Below, piece after piece: positions 57,431 to 64,000 of a stretch of 64,000 bases of DNA (the stretch's first letter is position 1; every line of letters starts with the position of its first letter). Both the position numbers and the translations under genes were made by a program. Location: assembly GCA_013239625.1 (NCBI GenBank), contig MU053652.1, positions 4,267,902 to 4,331,901 on the forward strand. The letters run 5' to 3'. The notes below the pieces were generated by a model. That model saw only the letters and a program-made list of their open reading frames with translations, ran no database searches and had not been told where the DNA came from. The DNA is from Lama guanicoe. Lineage: Eukaryota.

Positions 57431-59017
57431 GCTGAACTACTAGATGGTATTAAACTGATTACCTAGCCCATATCTCATTTTTAGGTCATTATAGTCCAGG
57501 TCAATTTTCTCAACAATGTAGTTATAGTAGATCATTTTTTATGAATTTGTTTCAGTAGTTCAGCATAACTGAACTTTTTATTTGAAAAAACAAAATTTTG
57601 TTTAAAATTCTGTTCAGCTTGGTCTTAAAAGAACAATTTTCCAGTGAATTTTTAAGTTGAATGTATTTTTCAGTTAAACATTTATCTTAAAGAAATAGTG
57701 TAATAGAAAATTAGAAAATACAGATAAACAAATTACATTCAAACCATCTGAGATGACACTATTAATCCTTTAGTACGTAACCTTTGTGAACATATGTGCA
57801 GATTTTTAAAATCCAAGTGAGAATGTACTCTACCTACCCTTCTGCAGCCTGTGTTTCTAGTCATCCAGCTTCATCTTTCCACTTCAGTAAATTTTTATAT
57901 TATCTAATATAAGTAAAAATTATCTAGACCATATTCCTGAGTTGGTTCTAAAATAACTTTTACAGCCTTTTCCCAAATCAGTATCCAGTCTAGAACCATG
58001 CTTTTTATCAAGTTATTGTGACTTAATCACAGTCCCTGTTCCCCTTCCTTTTTCAAAATGTCACTGATTTGTTGAAGAGACCAGTTGTTTTATAAGACAT
58101 CTTTCTTTTTGGATTTTCTGTTACCTTGTCTTTGTTTCATTTCATTTGTTTTTCTTTTATCCGTAATTCCTCTAACTGAAAATTATAGCTAAAGCAGCCC
58201 TGCTCAGTAGAGATTCCTCAAGAGAATTAAGCCTTAAATGCCCTAAAGCATCCATTGTATGTCATGAATTTTCTCCTATGTATCAATAATGGTCCTAACT
58301 GTATACTATCCATGGGATAATTGAGAAAATAGTCACTCAAATCATTTTCTGCAGGACTTATCATGGATTACTTTTAAAAGGTTAAACATTTTTGGCTAAA
58401 TACATTTTAGATACTTTATGCTGCATTTTTTTGGAAAATAAATACTTTTTGGTTTTCCTTCCATTAATGATGCTAGGATTGACTGGATTAGGATGATGAA
58501 AGTCTGATTCTTCCATATGTAAAATATGTTTTCACCCTTGTAATATAATGCAATTTGTATGATGGCAGTTTATTTTACCGTTGTGTGATTCTATGAATCT
58601 TTTTCCTGATGGTTTTAGATTCTAGTTAGTAATCCTTGCCTTAAAATTTTCATTGTAGTTTGCAAAATAATGTTTTGCTAATTCTGTTTTTCCTTCTACA
58701 TGTATATTAGTTAGCATTCTTCTGAGTTCCTACTAGAAAGACAGGATAAGTCTTAATTTTTAAATTTCCTGTTTTCATTATAAGAATTTGCTTTAAAGAT
58801 GCCTTAAATGTTACTTTTTTTTTCTGGCTTTCTTTTTATGGAGTATTATGGGCCCACTGGATTTTCACTGATTCAGGGTCTCCACTTAAATTATTCTTCT
58901 GATGCTTAAAATGTCATAACTCTGGCCACTGAGCACCTCTTTACTTCCTAACACAAAAAGATGACTAGTATTCATCTTATTTCCTTATCCCAGATCTAGA
59001 ATCCTTGGTTCCTTTTA

Positions 59018-61960
59018 GTATCCATTAGAGTCCAGTCAGGAGAGAGAAACCACTTAGTAATTTGTTGGGACTGTTTAATATAAAGAATGTTAAACTATAA
59101 CAGGCATTTATAGAATGGGGAATTGTCTAGTAAGAGGTAAAGAAAGCTGTAAAGAATATAGAAATAAAACAGATACAAGGAGCAGGTGTTAACTTCAAGG
59201 CTGAGATCGTTTCCAAGGAAGGAAGAGAAACCGCCTTCTGAGGGCTGAGATCCAGACCCTGTTGGTGATAACATAGCCATGATAAAGAAGTCATTGTGGT
59301 GCTGCATGCTGCTGAAAATCTGTCCTCTCAGCCTGCTAGAAATCTGCTTTCCAGAAAGCCCAAGAAAGTAGTTAGGGAAGATGTCTCCCACAGGTACTCT
59401 GCCACAACATTGCCTGCTTGTGGGAATACCAGGGGAAGCTACTGGACACTGTACACTGCAGGCACTGGAGAAGCTGAGTGCACTGAATCTGGTGCTAGAG
59501 AAGAAGTTGTACATTCTTTAGGGGCCAGAAGCACTTTGCTATAAAACAGTGATAGTGGGTGGGGAATGCTAGAGAAACTGCTGGCCAGTGCACTACAAGA
59601 GCTGGACACCAGAGAAGCTAGGAGTCTGGGGCTGGAGAAGCTGCACATTCTGCAGAAGGCTACTAAGTGAGCACATTGAAATCAGGAAGCAAAACCGTTT
59701 TCCTTGTGCACTTTCTCTCTAGTGTCCTTCTGACAAAAAGTTAATGCCAGTTGGCACAGGAAAAAATGTTTTAAGGTCCCAGATCCATTTTTACAGAGTA
59801 GTCTTAAAAGGGTGAATTTGGAGCTGAGAGGCAATAAGTGTATAATTGGCCACAGTCTTCCCATTTGACTAACTCAGCTTCCATATGTACTCTTTTACAC
59901 AGATTTAAACTCCAGCACAATGGCATAACAAACAAATAGGAAATATGCAAAGGTACTATACAGCTCTTATTTATATAGTTATAAGGCTGTAATTGGTATC
60001 TAGGCTTTCTTCACAATTCGTTTCATTTTTTCCCTGCTGCTATTAGGCTGAATATTTGTGTCTCCAAAATTCATATATTGAAATCCTAACCCTCAAGGTA
60101 ATGGTATTGAAGGTGGGACCTTTGGGGTGATTAGGTCATGAGAATGGAGCTCTCATGAATGGGATTAGTGCCCATATAAAAGAAACCCCAGGTAATTCCC
60201 TTCACTCTTATGCCATGTGAAGACAGCAAAAAGACAGTTGTTTGTGAACCAAGAAGCAGGTCCTCAGCAGATACTGGATCTGTGGGTACTTTGATTTTGG
60301 ACTTCCAGTCTCCAGAACTGGATGCCCTGTGGTGGGTATTCACAAGGGACAGAAATATGTTCACAGTCTGTGCCCATTTATATAACATTCATATACCGCT
60401 TCCTCAGACATCCTTGTCACCAATCTTCCAATCATGATTCTTCCCAATCCCTTGTCATCCATCCAAATGATCAATAAATGTCCCTGAATAATTGGAGATC
60501 CATATTTCTGGTCATTCCAAACATGGTGGACAACCATAAACACTGCTTGGAGTTATGCCCACTAGGAGGGCTTTTCTTCAGCACTGGCCTTCACTACTGA
60601 GTGGGCCTTTAATGCTGCAGCTGTCCACCTTCAGGTGGTACCAGCATATTGTGCAGACCCATCTGTAATCCAGACTTGAGTTTTTTCTTCATCAGTTATC
60701 TGGTTTTGAGGAACACCCCAGGAGGCCACAGGCATGGGTTGTAGGCAGTGAATCAGTGCAAGAAGAGGGGGTGTTAAAGGAATCTGTACCACATGCTCTT
60801 GTAAGTTTGTTATACATTCCAAATCTTCCTGTACTCAGTCTTCTTGTATATCTTTTCCATTTGATGACAAGTTGCTGCTCTGCATGCCCAACCTATGGCT
60901 AGGTAGTTGAGACTGTACTCAGTTCATGATGAGGAGCTCAGACCACATGATGACCTGATGTCTCAAGGATAGATGTTCAGTCTCTACCAAGGCCCAGTAG
61001 CAAGCTGGAAGCTGCTTCTTAAAATGAGAATAGTTAACCTGCAGAAGAGGGCATAGATTTCCTCCAAAATCCTAGATAACTGCACTATGATATTCCTATT
61101 CCCAGAGGCTTATTAAATCCAGAATCTCTAGGAAGTATACTAGTATCAGTGAGTTTGGCTCAATCTAGTGTTATATTCCACCCTTCCTTGGTCTAACACC
61201 TTTAGAATACACTCCCACAAGTTTCCCAGGTTTCTTCAGATACATATTAGCAAAGTTTTACGATTCTCTTAATGTATAATTGTTTCCTCCTGTATGTACC
61301 TGTCCCCTAGAACATATTGAGATTTGACCCTGGATGTGAGTGGTACAGGAGATGGGTGTGGTAGGTGTTGAAGAGAATAGGCATCCTCTTTCAAAGCATC
61401 TGTCTCAGATGAGGTGATTTCAGGGCTTTCAAACTGTGGAAGGCTAGTCTCAGATACTGGAAGGCAGGCTACTTCCACTGGTAAGGGAGACTCAAAGTGA
61501 CTTGAGGTTTTAGGATTATCAGTTTCATTAGGGTCCAACTGGATGTCTCCATTCCAAGTTTCAGTAGTCCATTCTTACCAGTTTCCTAACTTTCACATGA
61601 GAAACTTGGTGAGACTGTAAATTCAAATTGTCTGTAATTTAGCAAGCCACATAATTACATTTGTATATGAGTTTCAGCAATATTAGCCCTACAGCTACAA
61701 AAATGTAAGAGCTTCATTTAGAGCTGTTGCGGAAGTGGAAGCTCTCTAGTTCTCATACTGTGACTTGAACTGAGTTAATGAACCTGAGTTTGCCATTTTC
61801 TTTTTGTAAGCACTCAAATGAACTCAGAAGAATCCAGTTGCCACTATATTCTTTGTAATCATTACTGCCACAGTGGTCAAGTGCCACGGCCACTTGGGCT
61901 TGACTTAGTACTTCATAATAATTGACAATAGGTGATAGCTTGATTTATCGTCGTGAAATC
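59018..61960 (-). mobile_element. Degenerate ERV-L provirus: 3' LTR (~59018-59853) with pol and gag remnants
   Basis: ORF 60631..60822 contains ASWGVPQNQITDEEKTQVWITDGSAQYAGTT (ERV-L RNase H region). Gag-like ETWNGDIQLDP near 61530-61565. Purine tract next to the LTR. Confidence 0.8.
60038..60320 (+). mobile_element. MLT1A-like LTR, 3'-truncated, nested in the ERV-L
   Basis: TGCTATTAGGCTGAAT..CCAAAATTCATAT.TTGAAATCCTAACCC..ATGAATGGGATTAGTGCCC signature. Confidence 0.75.
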
Positions 61961-63274
61961 TGAAAAATACATCCTTGTGGTGCTTAATAAGGTCTATAAT
62001 TCTATCATGTTGCTTGTCATGTTATAAATAGAACCTAGAGGATGAAGTTAGTTCACAGTTGCTAAGAAAAATAGGTATTTGGCTGTAATAGCAGACACCA
62101 AAGGCCTCTTAGAACCGTTTCCATTTTTTTCATTCAGTTCCCCCACATTCTCTTTAATGGTTCTATTCTCTTATTTTCTTGTCAGTATTATTCTTCTGTG
62201 GTCTGTTCAAATGGACTCACTCCTAAACATTGTATTGAACTTAACATTTTTTAAAATATTGGTATTCTTGCTCTTGAACTGAGCCTGGCCTCTAATGCTT
62301 TTCTCCATTTATTCACCATTTTATTAATTCAGGATCATTTTATTATTTACCTCTGCTGTATTTTTTTTTTTTTTTTACTGGTGAGCTCTTCTGGTATTTA
62401 TCTTTTAGCTTTTGAGGTCTTAAGAGACAGAGTTTTTAATAATACAAATCTCAAAGAGAAACTGAAGGCAACTCTTGGTTCTGAAGCTTTATGATGTTTG
62501 ATTTAATTAACAGAATTTCTTCTCTTCAGAGCAACTAGTTTTAGATGTAGGGTTTTTCCAAAATTCCATCCTAAAGTATTAGTCAGTAGTTAGAATGTAT
62601 AATCAAGCCCTTCCATTTGTAACCATCATGCCTTCCTGAAATGTCATTTAGGAGGCCAAGCAATTGTGTAATCAATTTACATCAAGAGCTTCAAAGATTG
62701 ATATGTGTGTGTTTGTGGGTGTGGGTGTGGGTATGTGATTGCCATGAATTTACTCGAATCATTTCTTTTTTTCTTCCTTCATTTTAATTCAGTTCAATGA
62801 AATTCAGACTAATTAATAAGTATATATTATTATTACCTGATACTGCAGACATAGGGGGACCATGGCTATTTGGAGGTCCACTTGTCAGCATTTAGATCAC
62901 TGTGGCATTACATTCCACACACCCCACTCCTGTGCCTTCTAAACCCCATGGCAGTTAAGATATTTCTAACCTATTGCCTGCAAAAACATTCTTTATCCAT
63001 AGTGTTGCATTACACTTTACTTTGGGAAAAGTATACATCACAAAAACAGTTTGCAAAGAGAAACAATGGTGAGTTTTAGTCTGACTTTTTGTTTTCTTTC
63101 TTTTGTAGCAAATTACCATATTTACAGTAGTATCACTTTATGTGGGATGGTATATTTGCTAGGGTTCCAGTGCTGAAGCTGAAATACCAGCTTTTCATGT
63201 GGAAATATGCAATAGTATCACTAGCTTATTTCTGTTCCGTAAAATCAAATGTATAGATGAGTACTATTTATTTT

Positions 63275-63695
63275 GTTTATTATTTTTTATTGAGTTATAG
63301 TTGATTTACAGTATTATTTTCAGGTGTATAACAGTGATTCAAATTTTTTATAGATTATACTCCATTTAAAGTTAGTATAAAATATTGGCTATCTTCCCTG
63401 GCTATGCAATATATCCTTGTTGCTTATTTATTTTATACATAGTTTAACGTCGTAATTTCCTATCTTTGTCTTGCCCCATCCCCTCCCTTCCTCCCCAGTG
63501 GTAACCACTAGTTTGTTCTCTGTATCTATGAGTCTGTTTTGTTATATTCATTCGTTTCATTTTTTAGATTCCTCATGTAAGTGATAACACATAGTATTTT
63601 TCTTTCTCTGTCTGACTTATTTCACTAAGCATAATACCTTCTCCAGGTCCATCCATGGTTGTTGCGAATGACAAAATTTCATTTTTTTAATGTCT
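63275..63695 (-). mobile_element. L1 3' end in TNPO3 intron 4
   Basis: T-rich tail, then TTGAGTTATAGTTGATTTACA... 3'UTR. Confidence 0.8.
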
Positions 63696-64000
63696 GAGAT
63701 GATGAGTATTGAAGACAATTCTATTGATAAGTTACATTAATGTGGAAGTGGAATCTAAGAAACATAGTTTCTAAAACATATCTATCTTTGAACAAGTCTA
63801 TAAGTTCTCTGTACCTCAGCTTCCTAGTTGAGAAAGTAAAAATAATAATAATAGTTACCTATAGAGTTTTCGTGGGGATTAAATGAATTAAGAGTGTTCA
63901 AACGGTGTCTGGCACTTAAAAAGCACTTTTAACAGCTAGGTGTTATTATTATCCTTCTCATTATTACATCTGTAAAGTGATGATAATAATGGTTTAAATG

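Noticed and set aside
60131..60388. 85-aa ORF as a novel protein
   Set aside because: A chance chimera across the junction of ERV-L pol and an MLT1A-like LTR.

Overview
Mammalian nuclear DNA, most likely a camelid, inferred from about 8 copies of a tRNA-derived SINE resembling the camelid vic-1 family and artiodactyl-type L1 3' ends. The only supported protein-coding gene is the 5' part of TNPO3 (transportin-3) on the + strand. It has a CpG-island promoter (~23.2-24.2 kb) and coding exons 1-4 (23900-24019, 53777-53977, 54995-55068, 56534-56690; 184 codons), with a 29.8-kb L1-rich intron 1; the gene continues past the window. Upstream lie a processed RPL29 pseudogene with a premature stop, a short unidentified polyadenylated retro-fragment, and many L1, LTR, MIR and MER relics. 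Almost all other ORFs in the six-frame track are repeat-derived or chance. I see no new multi-gene system. The most notable observations are: a 107-bp locally templated insertion flanked by a 26-30-bp duplication next to the TNPO3 promoter; a candidate poison exon in intron 1; a strong-Kozak uORF; the stop-free, in-frame 432-nt exon 2-4 block (potential endless ORF if circularised); a hairpin micro-inversion in one SINE; an L1 with twin-priming inversion and a probable 3' transduction; and an RPL29 retrocopy that appears to preserve an alternative 5'UTR splice form. Repeat family names come from recalled consensus similarity, not a database search, and repeat boundaries are approximate.
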